DNA from: Chitinophagaceae bacterium
Lineage (GTDB): Bacteria > Bacteroidota > Bacteroidia > Chitinophagales > Chitinophagaceae
Direction: 5' to 3'
Length of the DNA stretch: 55,902 nucleotides
Assembly: GCA_025924755.1 (NCBI GenBank)
Contig: JAICHT010000001.1
Coordinates: 1 to 55,902, forward strand
Part shown: one piece after another, positions 1 to 9,480 of the stretch
Layout: the number at the start of each line of letters is the position of its first letter
How positions within the stretch are numbered: the first letter of the stretch is position 1
Program-made: the position numbers and the translations under genes
The notes under the pieces: model-generated
Database searches by the model: none
What the model saw: only the letters and a program-made list of their open reading frames with translations
What the model was told of the DNA's origin: nothing

Positions 1-9
1 AGCTTTACC

Positions 10-717
10 ATGCAACGCATCATTCTCTTAGATGGCATCAAAAAAAATTACTACTTAGGCAAGCAGGTGATTGATGTATTAAAAGGCATATCACTCCAAA
101 TTTTAAAAAATGAATATGTGGCCTTAATGGGACCTTCCGGCTCCGGCAAAAGCACCCTGATGAATATATTGGGATGCCTGGATACGCCTACTGCCGGCAC
201 TTATATTTTAAATGGACAGGATGTAAGTAAAATGGCAGATAACGATCTGGCGGAGGTACGTAATAAAGAAATAGGTTTTGTGTTTCAGCAATTTAATTTA
301 CTGCCCCGGCTTACGGCTGCCGAAAACGTAGCCCTTCCCCTGGTATATGCCGGGATACCTAAAAAGCAGCGTATGGAAAAAGCAATGCAGGTACTGGAAA
401 AAGTGAATCTGCAGGATAGAAGTCAGCACAAGCCCAACGAAATGAGCGGCGGCCAAAACCAGCGGGTGGCCATAGCCCGTGCGCTGGTAAATGATCCGGC
501 TATTATACTGGCTGATGAACCTACCGGAAACCTGGATACTAAAACATCGCACGAGATCATGGATATTTTTGGCAAGATACATACCAGCGGCAATACGGTA
601 ATACTCGTTACCCACGAAGAAGATATTGCCCATCATGCCCACCGCATTATCCGTTTGCGTGATGGCGTACTGGAAAGCGATACACTGAAAGAAACTATAG
701 CAGCTTCTTCTGTTTAA
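10..717 (+). CDS. ABC transporter ATP-binding protein (MacB/LolD-like)
   Basis: Walker [19 protein letters not shown], signature [15 protein letters not shown], Walker [13 protein letters not shown]-loop VTHE. Confidence 0.93.
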   Translation: MQRIILLDGIKKNYYLGKQVIDVLKGISLQILKNEYVALMGPSGSGKSTLMNILGCLDTPTAGTYILNGQDVSKMADNDLAEVRNKEIGFVFQQFNLLPRLTAAENVALPLVYAGIPKKQRMEKAMQVLEKVNLQDRSQHKPNEMSGGQNQRVAIARALVNDPAIILADEPTGNLDTKTSHEIMDIFGKIHTSGNTVILVTHEEDIAHHAHRIIRLRDGVLESDTLKETIAASSV

Positions 718-906
718 TATCACTTTGCGTATAGAGGTTTCACTACTTATCCGTAAAACCAATCCGGCAATTAAGCAATACATTTTAACCGGCACATTAG
801 CATCAACACGTTATATGTGCCTTACACCCTATTACCTTTGCCTTACGCATTGAAGTGATAAATTAACATAGCTATCCATCTTTGCTCGAATTCTTGATAA
901 ACGCAT

Positions 907-1467
907 ATGGCACAAAAAATTTATACAAAAACCGGTGATAAAGGAACTACATCTTTAATAGGAGGAACCAAAGTTTTAAAAAACGACAGCCGCATTGAAA
1001 CCTATGGAACCGTAGATGAATTGAACTCGTGGATAGGTGTCGTCAGCGATCATATAACGGATAGTGCCACCAAACAAACTTTAAAGGAAATACAGGACCG
1101 CTTGTTTACTATTGGTTCTTCTTTAGCCTGCGATCCAGACAAAGAGCCCAAATTTAAAATTCCGGATCTGCACGAAACGGATATACAATTTTTAGAAACC
1201 GAAATAGACCAGATGACAGGCAAACTGCCGCCAATGAAAGCTTTTATATTGCCCGGCGGCGCTCCGGCGGTATCTTTTGCACATGTGGCCCGATGCGTAT
1301 GCCGCAGGGCCGAACGGCTGGGCGTAGCCATGCAGGCAGCAGATATGTTTATAGATCCATTAGTATTAAAGTATTTGAACCGCCTAAGCGATTATTTGTT
1401 TGTAGCAGCCCGTTATATTGGCCAACTCCAGGGCGCAGAAGAAATTCAATGGAAAGCCAGGGTGTAA
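907..1467 (+). CDS. PduO-type ATP:cob(I)alamin adenosyltransferase
   Basis: KIYTKTGDKGTT N-terminus, YGTVDELNS, FILPGG, RCVCRRAER, YLNRLSDYLF motifs. Confidence 0.93.
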   Translation: MAQKIYTKTGDKGTTSLIGGTKVLKNDSRIETYGTVDELNSWIGVVSDHITDSATKQTLKEIQDRLFTIGSSLACDPDKEPKFKIPDLHETDIQFLETEIDQMTGKLPPMKAFILPGGAPAVSFAHVARCVCRRAERLGVAMQAADMFIDPLVLKYLNRLSDYLFVAARYIGQLQGAEEIQWKARV

Positions 1468-1479
1468 GAAATTAGCTTT

Positions 1480-2154
1480 TTATAACACCATTTTCCCATC
1501 TTTCATCAGCAGCATCCGGTCACTTAAATGCGCCAGTTCTTCATTATGGGTCACTATCAAAAAGGTTTGCCCGAACTGTTTGCGTAAATCAAAAAAAAGA
1601 TTGTGCAGGTCCCTGGCATTAGCCGAATCTAAATTACCCGTAGGCTCGTCGGCAAATACCACCTCCGGGTTATTAATTAAAGCTCTTGCAATAGCCACCC
1701 GTTGCTGCTCGCCACCCGACAGGGCGCCCGGCTTATGGTTTATACGATGCTTTAGACCCAATATATTAAGCAGTTCCTCCGCCCTGTTTTTTACTTCGCT
1801 GTTTTTTTGAGCGCTCAGCCATCCGGGTATGCATACATTTTCCAAAGCGGTAAACTCAGGCAGCAAATGATGAAACTGAAATACAAATCCAATATGCTTA
1901 TTTCGAAAAGCAGCCAGTTTTTTACCGCTCAACCGGCTAAGATTGGTATCGTTTATAAAAACCTCGCCGGCGTCTGCCTTATCCAATGTCCCAATAATAT
2001 GCAGGAGCGTACTTTTGCCGGCGCCGGAAGAACCCACAATACTGACGATTTCGCCTTTTTCAATGCTAATATCCACGCCCTTTAATACCTCTACCGATCC
2101 GTATTTTTTATAAATGTTGCTTGCGGTTACTACTGCCATACTGCGTTCTTCCAT
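1480..2154 (-). CDS. lolD: Lipoprotein-releasing ABC ATPase, LolD-like (start may be 2139)
   Basis: GSSGAGKS, LolD-type [44 protein letters not shown]. Confidence 0.8.
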   Translation of the reverse strand: MEERSMAVVTASNIYKKYGSVEVLKGVDISIEKGEIVSIVGSSGAGKSTLLHIIGTLDKADAGEVFINDTNLSRLSGKKLAAFRNKHIGFVFQFHHLLPEFTALENVCIPGWLSAQKNSEVKNRAEELLNILGLKHRINHKPGALSGGEQQRVAIARALINNPEVVFADEPTGNLDSANARDLHNLFFDLRKQFGQTFLIVTHNEELAHLSDRMLLMKDGKMVL

Positions 2155-2226
2155 TCAAATATCAGCAAACAATATCGTACAGCAAAACCATTATTGTTAA
2201 GGAGTTCAATCAAATTAAATAACGCA

Positions 2227-2257
2227 TTTGGAAAATTGGCGAATAATACTACTTTTG
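2227..2257 (+). promoter_or_regulatory. Bacteroidota primary-sigma promoter (-33/-7) for the DUF2795 gene
   Basis: TTTG (2227-2230), 19-nt spacer, TACTTTTG (2250-2257); matches the TTTG-N19-21-TAnnTTTG consensus. Confidence 0.75.
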
Positions 2258-2342
2258 CGAAAAATTTCAAAGCTTTATTTTTAAGCCTGCATTGAAATTT
2301 TGCATATACCCAATTTTAACCATTGTAAAATAATAATAGAAA

Positions 2343-2564
2343 ATGTTTTGGACCTTAGAACTCGCTTCCTATCTTGAAGATGCGCCTTGGCCCGCCACAA
2401 AAGATGAATTGATTGACTATTCTATCCGTTCCGGTGCTCCTATTGAAGTAGTGGAAAACCTTCAGGAACTGGAAGATGAGGGTGAAGTATATGAAAGCAT
2501 TGAAGATATTTGGCCGGATTACCCGTCGCAGGAAGATTTTATGTTTAACGAAGACGAATATTAA
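2343..2564 (+). CDS. Small acidic conserved protein, DUF2795 family
   Basis: MFWTLELASYLEDAPWPATKDELIDY is the strongly conserved Bacteroidota DUF2795 sequence; has its own promoter and terminator. Confidence 0.88.
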   Translation: MFWTLELASYLEDAPWPATKDELIDYSIRSGAPIEVVENLQELEDEGEVYESIEDIWPDYPSQEDFMFNEDEY

Positions 2565-2593
2565 CCTTACACCAACCGTTGCAAAAAAAGCTG

Positions 2594-2620
2594 AAGCCTC
2601 CCTAAAAAGGAGGCTTTTAT
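2594..2620 (+). terminator. Intrinsic terminator
   Basis: AAGCCTCC-7nt loop-GGAGGCTT followed by T run. Confidence 0.8.
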
Positions 2621-2738
2621 TATGTACTAAGCTTTTGAACTACTATATGCTCCTGTTGCGTCGCACCCTTGTACTCCATATCAATATGCAGCTATCGAAC
2701 AACAATCAATAATCATCCGCCATCTATCCTCTCAACAC

Positions 2739-3554
2739 TTACTTTTCCATTTGCTCAATAACCGGCCCGGTAACACCCGAAAAGCTAAAGCCGCCATCAT
2801 GAAACAGGTTTTGCATCGTAACCATGCGGGTATAGTCGCTAAATAAGGTGACGCAATAGTTAGCGCAGTCCTCCGCGGAAGCATTTCCCAGCGGGCTCAT
2901 CTTTTCTGCATAATTCATAAATCCGTCAAACCCTTTTACGCCACTGCCGGCCGTAGTGCGGGTAGGCGATTGCGAAACCGTATTGATACGCACCTTTCTT
3001 TTAATACCATATTGATATCCAAAACTACGGGTGATGCTTTCCAGCAAGGCTTTGGCATCTGCCATCTCGTTATAATCCGGGAAAACGCGTTGCGCTGCTA
3101 TATAGGTAAGTGCCAGCACGCTTCCCCACTCATTAATAGCATCCATCTGGTAGGCCAATTGTAATATGCGGTGAAAACTCATGGCCGATATATCCAGTGT
3201 TTTGTGTGTAAAATCGTAATTCAGGGAAGTGTACGAATTGTTTTTACGCATATTCATACTCATGCCTACACTATGTAATATAAAATCAATTTTACCACCA
3301 AAGTGTTCTATGGCTTTATCGAAAAGATTTTTCAGATCATCCATATTGGTAACGTCGGCACCAATAACAGGTGCATTGGCACAGGCTTCTGATAGTTTGT
3401 TAATCTCACCCATCCGCAAGGCAATCGGGGCATTACTTAGCACCAGTTGGGCGCCTTCTTCAAAACATTTTTCTGCCACCTTCCAGGCAATCGATTGATC
3501 GTTTAACGCACCGAAGATGATTCCTTTTTTGCCTTTCAGCAAGTTATTAGACAT
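2739..3554 (-). CDS. fabI: Enoyl-ACP reductase
   Basis: GKKGIIFGALNDQSIAW, LTYIAA, YNEMADAKA catalytic motif, TMQNLFHDGG. Confidence 0.92.
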   Translation of the reverse strand: MSNNLLKGKKGIIFGALNDQSIAWKVAEKCFEEGAQLVLSNAPIALRMGEINKLSEACANAPVIGADVTNMDDLKNLFDKAIEHFGGKIDFILHSVGMSMNMRKNNSYTSLNYDFTHKTLDISAMSFHRILQLAYQMDAINEWGSVLALTYIAAQRVFPDYNEMADAKALLESITRSFGYQYGIKRKVRINTVSQSPTRTTAGSGVKGFDGFMNYAEKMSPLGNASAEDCANYCVTLFSDYTRMVTMQNLFHDGGFSFSGVTGPVIEQMEK

Positions 3555-3655
3555 AGCAATAGTTTATAGAAGTAAAAATAAAGGTTTATCCTTTTGAAAG
3601 AGAAAACAACTTTTAATTTAAGGCATATTAAAACCGAAGTATAGGTGTATTACAT

Positions 3656-5311
3656 TTAATTCATCACCATTTCCCGTGCATTTTCCAGTGCAGCCGCAGT
3701 AGGTTTTTCACCGCTTAGCATTTGAGCAATGGCAATGATGCGTTCATCGGTTGATAATTGCCTAACGGCTGTAGTAATTGCATCGTTCTTGATGGCTTTA
3801 TATACAAAAAAGTGCGTGGTGGCTTTGCCTGCAATTTGCGGCTGGTGTGTAATACAGATTACCTGCCGGGCAGCAGCTAGGTCTTTCATAATAACACCTA
3901 CCTGCTTGGCGGCTTCACCGGAGATGCCGGTATCAATTTCATCAAAAATAAGCGTAGGCAAATCTATAGACTGCGCCACTAACGATTTGATGCAAAGCAT
4001 CAGCCGGCTTAGCTCTCCGCCACTCGCTACTTTGCGTAATGGCTGGAACTGGTTGCTTTTATTGGCATCAAATAAAAACTCAATTGCATCCATTCCCCAG
4101 GCATTTAAGTCTGCCTCTTTTACGTCCGCCTTTAATCGTGCATTGGGCATGCCTACCTGTACCAGCATTTTATTTACCTTATCTTCCATCGGTCTCGTTT
4201 GCGCTTTTCTCTTTTCAGAAATTTGCTTTGCCAACTGGCCTGCCTGCTGCAATAGTAACTGTTGCTGTTTTTCCTGCTGCGATATTTCTTCATCCATATT
4301 CAAAACCGCCTGCAACCGCTTTTGCAAATCAGCTTTAATATCCAGCAATTCTTTGGTAGTATGAACGCCATGTTTTTTCAACAGCTTATATCCTACCGAA
4401 AGCCGTTCGTTTAGTTTATCAATGGTATCAGTATCAAAATGAATATCGCTGTGGATGCGATCGATCTCGCTGGCAATATCCTGCAGTTCTATATGGGCCG
4501 ATTCCAATCTTTTTACCAGATCCGGCAGCGAAGGATGCACATCGGCATAGTGCTGTAACTGGCTTTGCGCAGCCCGTAACTGCCGGGTGATGGGCGTTTC
4601 GCTTTCTTCCAGTTCATAGTAAGCTTTTGCCAGCGCCGCTTTAATTCCTTCGGCATTGTTTAGCAGCTTCAACTCCTGCTCCATATCTTCCAACTCATTC
4701 TCCTTCAGGCCGGTTTCTTCCAGTTCATTAAATTGAAATTGGTAATAATCCAGCTCTTTATCAAACTGTGTTTTCTGTTCTTTTAATTTCTCTAAAGATG
4801 CCTGTACTTTTTGCAGATTGGAATATACGTTTTGATATTCTTTAACAAGGCTTTTATTTGCTGCAAGCGCATCTAACACCTGGCGTTGAAAATCGGCCGC
4901 TCCTAATTGCAGCGTATCAAACTGCTGATGCAGGTCTACCAGCAAAGTGCTTAATTGCTGTATCTGCGCTAAGGTAACCGGCGTATCATTTACAAAGGCC
5001 CTGGATTTGCCGTTTGGCGCAATCTCCCGCCGCACTACCAGTTCTGTATCGGTATCCAGTTCATTGCTTTCTAAAAAGGCCCTGATCGCATCTTTTTGCT
5101 GTACGGCAAACAATCCTTCAATAATACATTTCTTTTCACGGTTCATTAATACCGATGTTTCGGCCCTTGAGCCCAGCACCAGCCCTAATGCCCCCATGAT
5201 AATGGACTTGCCCGCGCCGGTTTCGCCGGTAAGTATATTAAGATGAGATGAAAAATCAATTTGCAAATCATCTATGATGGCGTAATTCTGAATGGATAAT
5301 CGGTTCAACAT
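3656..5311 (-). CDS. recN: DNA repair protein RecN (ATG start 5311 preferred)
   Basis: TGETGAGKS Walker A, long coiled coil, ASGGELSR signature, FDEIDTGISG, ITHQPQIA. Confidence 0.96.
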   Translation of the reverse strand: MLNRLSIQNYAIIDDLQIDFSSHLNILTGETGAGKSIIMGALGLVLGSRAETSVLMNREKKCIIEGLFAVQQKDAIRAFLESNELDTDTELVVRREIAPNGKSRAFVNDTPVTLAQIQQLSTLLVDLHQQFDTLQLGAADFQRQVLDALAANKSLVKEYQNVYSNLQKVQASLEKLKEQKTQFDKELDYYQFQFNELEETGLKENELEDMEQELKLLNNAEGIKAALAKAYYELEESETPITRQLRAAQSQLQHYADVHPSLPDLVKRLESAHIELQDIASEIDRIHSDIHFDTDTIDKLNERLSVGYKLLKKHGVHTTKELLDIKADLQKRLQAVLNMDEEISQQEKQQQLLLQQAGQLAKQISEKRKAQTRPMEDKVNKMLVQVGMPNARLKADVKEADLNAWGMDAIEFLFDANKSNQFQPLRKVASGGELSRLMLCIKSLVAQSIDLPTLIFDEIDTGISGEAAKQVGVIMKDLAAARQVICITHQPQIAGKATTHFFVYKAIKNDAITTAVRQLSTDERIIAIAQMLSGEKPTAAALENAREMVMN

Positions 5312-5385
5312 ATGGGTTAACAAAATAACAGCATTCCGTTTTACAAATGCTAAAAATCTTATGGGTTTAACAGTGGTTTACTATT

Positions 5386-5420
5386 AAATAAAAATAGCCC
5401 CTGCCAAAGCAAGAGCTATT
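5386..5420 (-). terminator. Intrinsic terminator after nif3/zinc-ribbon operon
   Basis: Minus strand AATAGCTCTTGC-TTTG-GCAGGGGCTATT then TTTATTT (12-bp stem with G.U pairs). Confidence 0.7.
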
Positions 5421-5438
5421 CGTTTATCTATCTTAATA

Positions 5439-6194
5439 TTACTTCACTTCTATACTGTCATTCAGATCGGAATCTACTAAAATACGACCGCAGTTTTCGC
5501 ATACCATCACTTTTTTGCGCTGCTTTATTTCACTTTGCTTTTGCGGGGGAATGGAGTAAAAACATCCGCCACAGGCATCCCTTTCTACCGGCACTACCGC
5601 CAGTCCGTTGCGGTAATTATTGCGGATTTTATCGAAGCTGGCCAGCAGCCGGGGATCTACACTTTCTCTTGCATCTCTCGAAAGGTTAGTCAATTCTTTT
5701 TCTTCTTTTTCTGTAGAGCTGATGATTTTTTCCAGTTCGCCTTTTTTATTGCCTAAAACACCTTCTTTGGCAGCAATGGTTTTTTTGGCCCGTTCCAAAG
5801 CAATTGCTTTTTCTGCTATTTCCTCATTGGCATCTTTAATATGCTTCTCGCACAACTTTACTTCCAGTTGCTGCATTTCCACTTCCTTATTAATCGCCTC
5901 AAACTCGCGGTTATTCTTTACATTTTCGCTTTGCTTTTCGTATTTTTTTATTAAAGCCTGCGCCTCTTTTATAGCTTCCTTCTTTTGATTAATAAATTCA
6001 GAAATGCCATTGATCTCTTCTTCAATCCGTTGTTGGCGGGCATGCAAACCCTGAATTTCATCTTCCAGGTCTGCTACTTCCATAGGCAGTTCGCCTTTAA
6101 GCACTCTTATTTCATCCAGGTTAGATTCTACTTTTTGCAACTTTACCAGCGAAGCTAATTTTTCTTCTACTGAGTATTCTTTTACATTTGCCAT
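5439..6194 (-). CDS. Coiled-coil protein with C4 zinc ribbon (DUF164 family)
   Basis: Long heptad coiled coil, C-terminal CGGC...CENCGRIL; usual partner of nif3. Confidence 0.9.
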   Translation of the reverse strand: MANVKEYSVEEKLASLVKLQKVESNLDEIRVLKGELPMEVADLEDEIQGLHARQQRIEEEINGISEFINQKKEAIKEAQALIKKYEKQSENVKNNREFEAINKEVEMQQLEVKLCEKHIKDANEEIAEKAIALERAKKTIAAKEGVLGNKKGELEKIISSTEKEEKELTNLSRDARESVDPRLLASFDKIRNNYRNGLAVVPVERDACGGCFYSIPPQKQSEIKQRKKVMVCENCGRILVDSDLNDSIEVK

Positions 6195-6242
6195 TAGTAT
6201 GTACGATTTACAATTATTAGATTTACAGTTTTTCAGCTTAAG

Positions 6243-7337
6243 CTAAAAATAATGCACCGGATTGGTGCTTACCTTTGTTTTCAGGACGGCAAAGGTAGTA
6301 AATTTTTGCAGCAAAAGGTCATAAAGCAAGTCTATAGTAAACTGTTCGCTTTCATAATGGCCAATATCAGCCAAAATCATTTTTTCATCTGCATCAAAAA
6401 ACTCGTGGTATTTTATATCAGATGTAATATAAAAATCGGCTTGCTGCTGCAAGGCGGTTGATATTAAAAAACTGCCTGCACCGCCGCAAACTGCTATCTT
6501 TTTCACAGGCTTCCCTGAAAGCTTTGTATGCCTAATAATGCCACAGTTGAACGTGCTTTTCAAAGTTTTTAGCAAATCTTCTGCTGCTATTGCTTCTTTT
6601 AGCTCCCCGATAATACCGGTGCCTATATTAGAATAACTATTTTCCATCGAAAAAAGATCATAGGCTACTTCTTCGTATGGATGACTGGCTATTAACGCAT
6701 TAAGAATATGAGCCTCCTGGTAAAATGGATAAACCACTTCAATTTTTGTTTCCGGCTCATAGTGGCGTTTGCCCATATCTCCTATATAAGGGTTAGCTCC
6801 GGCTTCTGCCTTAAAAGTTCCGACACCTTCGCTTGTAAAGCTACATTCAGAGTAATTTCCAATATACCCCGCACCGGCCCTAAACAGCGCCTCCACTACT
6901 TCATTTGCCTTGTCTGTAGGCGCATAGGTTATCAACTTTCTTAAAATTTCCTTTTTAGGTTGTAGTGTAGTAATATGCTGAAGGTTAAGTTTTTGTGCTA
7001 TCCTGCCATTTACACCATGTATGATATTATCCAGATTAGTATGGATAGCGTATATGGCTATATCGGCCTTAATGGCTGCTATCACTATCCTTTCTACATA
7101 GGTTTTACCAGTCAGTTTTTTGAGTCCTTTAAATATAATAGGATGATGTGCTACCACCATATTACAGTTATTGTCCAGCGCCTCTTTTAGCACTGCTTCT
7201 GTTACATCAAGTGTGCACAAAACACCGCGGCATACCCACGAAGCATCACCTGTTAAAAGGCCACAATTATCATAAACTTCCTGCAATTGAGGGGCTGCAA
7301 ACGCTTCCAAAACAGAAATAACTTCCCTAATTTTCAT
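6243..7337 (-). CDS. Nif3-like dinuclear metal-centre protein (with PII-like insert)
   Basis: DNCGLL, VAHHPIIF, HTNLD, HPYEEVAYD insert, GHYESE. Confidence 0.93.
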   Translation of the reverse strand: MKIREVISVLEAFAAPQLQEVYDNCGLLTGDASWVCRGVLCTLDVTEAVLKEALDNNCNMVVAHHPIIFKGLKKLTGKTYVERIVIAAIKADIAIYAIHTNLDNIIHGVNGRIAQKLNLQHITTLQPKKEILRKLITYAPTDKANEVVEALFRAGAGYIGNYSECSFTSEGVGTFKAEAGANPYIGDMGKRHYEPETKIEVVYPFYQEAHILNALIASHPYEEVAYDLFSMENSYSNIGTGIIGELKEAIAAEDLLKTLKSTFNCGIIRHTKLSGKPVKKIAVCGGAGSFLISTALQQQADFYITSDIKYHEFFDADEKMILADIGHYESEQFTIDLLYDLLLQKFTTFAVLKTKVSTNPVHYF

Positions 7338-7417
7338 ACTAACAAAGAAAAACCAAAATTCTTTCTGAACGTATGTTTCTGTTATCGCTACTTATATTTC
7401 TATAGCTTTGAGGGTTT

Positions 7418-8920
7418 ATGGCAGCTACGGAAGAATTGTACCGGGAATATAAAAATAAGATGCAGCGTATTGCAGATATTAAATATGCACATGCGGTATT
7501 GCAATGGGACCAGGAAACTTATTTGCCACCAAAAGGAGCCTTTCGCCGCGGCCAGCAGCTTAGTACATTGTCGGAGATGAGCCACCAACTTTTTAGCGAA
7601 GATGCGCTGGGTGAACTTTTGCAGGAGCTGATAAGCAGGGGCGATCTTACAGAAAACCAAAAAAGAAATACGGAGCTTACATTAGAAGATTACACTAAAA
7701 ATAAAAAATACAGTTCGGCTTTGGTACGTGCCTTATCCGATCAAACCAACAAAGCCTTTCATAGCTGGATAGAAGCCCGGAAGCAAAACAGTTTTTCTGT
7801 TTTTGAAAAAGACCTGGCAGGAATGGTATCTTTAAAGATAGAAGAAGCCTCCGTTCTTGGCTTTGAACAACATCCTTATAATGCTTTATTGAACGAGTTT
7901 GAAAAAGGCAGCACCGTGGCGCTGCTGGATGGTGTTTTTAGTGGACTTCTGCCCCCGCTAAAAGAATTGCTTTTTAAAATATTGGCAGCACCACAAGTTG
8001 ATGATTCTTTTTTGCGCCAGCATTTTCCGAAGCAGCAGCAATGGAACTGGGGAATGCATCTTTTAAAACAATTGAATTTTGATTTTGAAGCCGGCAGGCA
8101 AGATGTTAGCGAACATCCCTTTAGTACCAGTTTTAATGCAAATGATGTACGCCTTACTACCCGTATAGACGAAACCGATTTTAGCAATATGACGTGGAGC
8201 TGCATCCACGAAGCAGGCCATGGTTTATATGAGCAAGGTTTGCCTGAGGATGAATATGGCTTGCCTTTGGGAGAAGCCTGTTCATATAGTATTCATGAAT
8301 CGCAATCCCGCCTGTGGGAAAATAATGTAGGCCGTGGAAAGGCTTTCTGGCAATATCATTTTCCGGCCTTGCAGCAATACTTACCCGGGCAATTTGCTAC
8401 GGTAGATAGTAATCAGTTTTACAAAGGCATCAATAAAGTACAGCCCTCCCTTATCCGTACAGAAGCCGATGAAATTACGTATCATTTTCATGTATATATA
8501 AGGTATGAATTAGAGAAGCAGCTATTGGAAGGGGCTATCAAAACTGCCGATATACCTGTTTTTTGGAAGGAGCAGTATAAAAATTTAATGGATATTACGG
8601 TACCAGATGACTACCAGGGTTGCCTTCAGGATGTGCATTGGAGCCATGGAAGCTTTGGATATTTTCCTACCTATAGTTTAGGAAGTTTATATGCCGCCCA
8701 GTTTTACGATGCAGCTAGGGTACAGATTCCATCCTTAACACAAGAATTGGCGCAGGGCCATACTCTAAGCTTATTACAGTGGCTGCGTACACAAATTCAT
8801 TCAAAAGGAAAAATGTATACCAGCGAGGAGCTATGTAAAAGGATAACTGGCAAACCCTTAGATGCAGGCTTTTTCGTAAGTTATCTATTGCAGAAGTATC
8901 AGCCTATTTATAACTTGTAG
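7418..8920 (+). CDS. M32 family carboxypeptidase (Taq-like)
   Basis: HPF, DVRLTTR, HEAGH zinc motif, HESQS, IRTEADE, GCLQDVHW, GYFPTY. Confidence 0.95.
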   Translation: MAATEELYREYKNKMQRIADIKYAHAVLQWDQETYLPPKGAFRRGQQLSTLSEMSHQLFSEDALGELLQELISRGDLTENQKRNTELTLEDYTKNKKYSSALVRALSDQTNKAFHSWIEARKQNSFSVFEKDLAGMVSLKIEEASVLGFEQHPYNALLNEFEKGSTVALLDGVFSGLLPPLKELLFKILAAPQVDDSFLRQHFPKQQQWNWGMHLLKQLNFDFEAGRQDVSEHPFSTSFNANDVRLTTRIDETDFSNMTWSCIHEAGHGLYEQGLPEDEYGLPLGEACSYSIHESQSRLWENNVGRGKAFWQYHFPALQQYLPGQFATVDSNQFYKGINKVQPSLIRTEADEITYHFHVYIRYELEKQLLEGAIKTADIPVFWKEQYKNLMDITVPDDYQGCLQDVHWSHGSFGYFPTYSLGSLYAAQFYDAARVQIPSLTQELAQGHTLSLLQWLRTQIHSKGKMYTSEELCKRITGKPLDAGFFVSYLLQKYQPIYNL

Positions 8921-8935
8921 CGGTAAACCATAATT

Positions 8936-9349
8936 ATGCAAAAACTTTTTTTGGCAGCCTGTCTTATAACGCTTTTCGCGGGATGCAAAAAAGCTATAGA
9001 ACATGCGCAGGAGAATGCGCTGAACCATATTATAGTAGATGGGCGTTGGAAGGTAAGCAGTTTTATAAAAGGTGCCGGGGATATTACCGGCAACTTTGCC
9101 TTATACGAATTTCAGTTTCATGATAACAATAAAGTGGACGCTTATAAAAACGGGTCTATTGAACAAACTGGTTATTGGCAGGGCGATATATCCAGCAAAT
9201 CCATTACTTCCGAATTCCCTTCAACCGCTAAATATCCTTTAGGTGAGCTTAACGGTGTTTGGCGGGTTACAGATAGTGGCTTAACTTTTGTTAAAGCTAC
9301 TGAAACCATAAACGGAGAAGTAAGGATGCTGAGGCTCGACAAAAAGTAA
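8936..9349 (+). CDS. Hypothetical lipoprotein (beta-rich, lipocalin-like)
   Basis: Lipobox FAG-C at residue 17, GRWKV and GxW strand motifs. Confidence 0.7.
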   Translation: MQKLFLAACLITLFAGCKKAIEHAQENALNHIIVDGRWKVSSFIKGAGDITGNFALYEFQFHDNNKVDAYKNGSIEQTGYWQGDISSKSITSEFPSTAKYPLGELNGVWRVTDSGLTFVKATETINGEVRMLRLDKK

Positions 9350-9480
9350 GCACTTGCCTTTATTTATTGATTTTAATCAATTATAATTGCGACTTTTAAT
9401 GTTGCCAAGCAATAATCTTTATGCTATTTTGTTATTGGATCGGGCTTGGATGAACTAACTACCCTAAAACTACTTTAAAG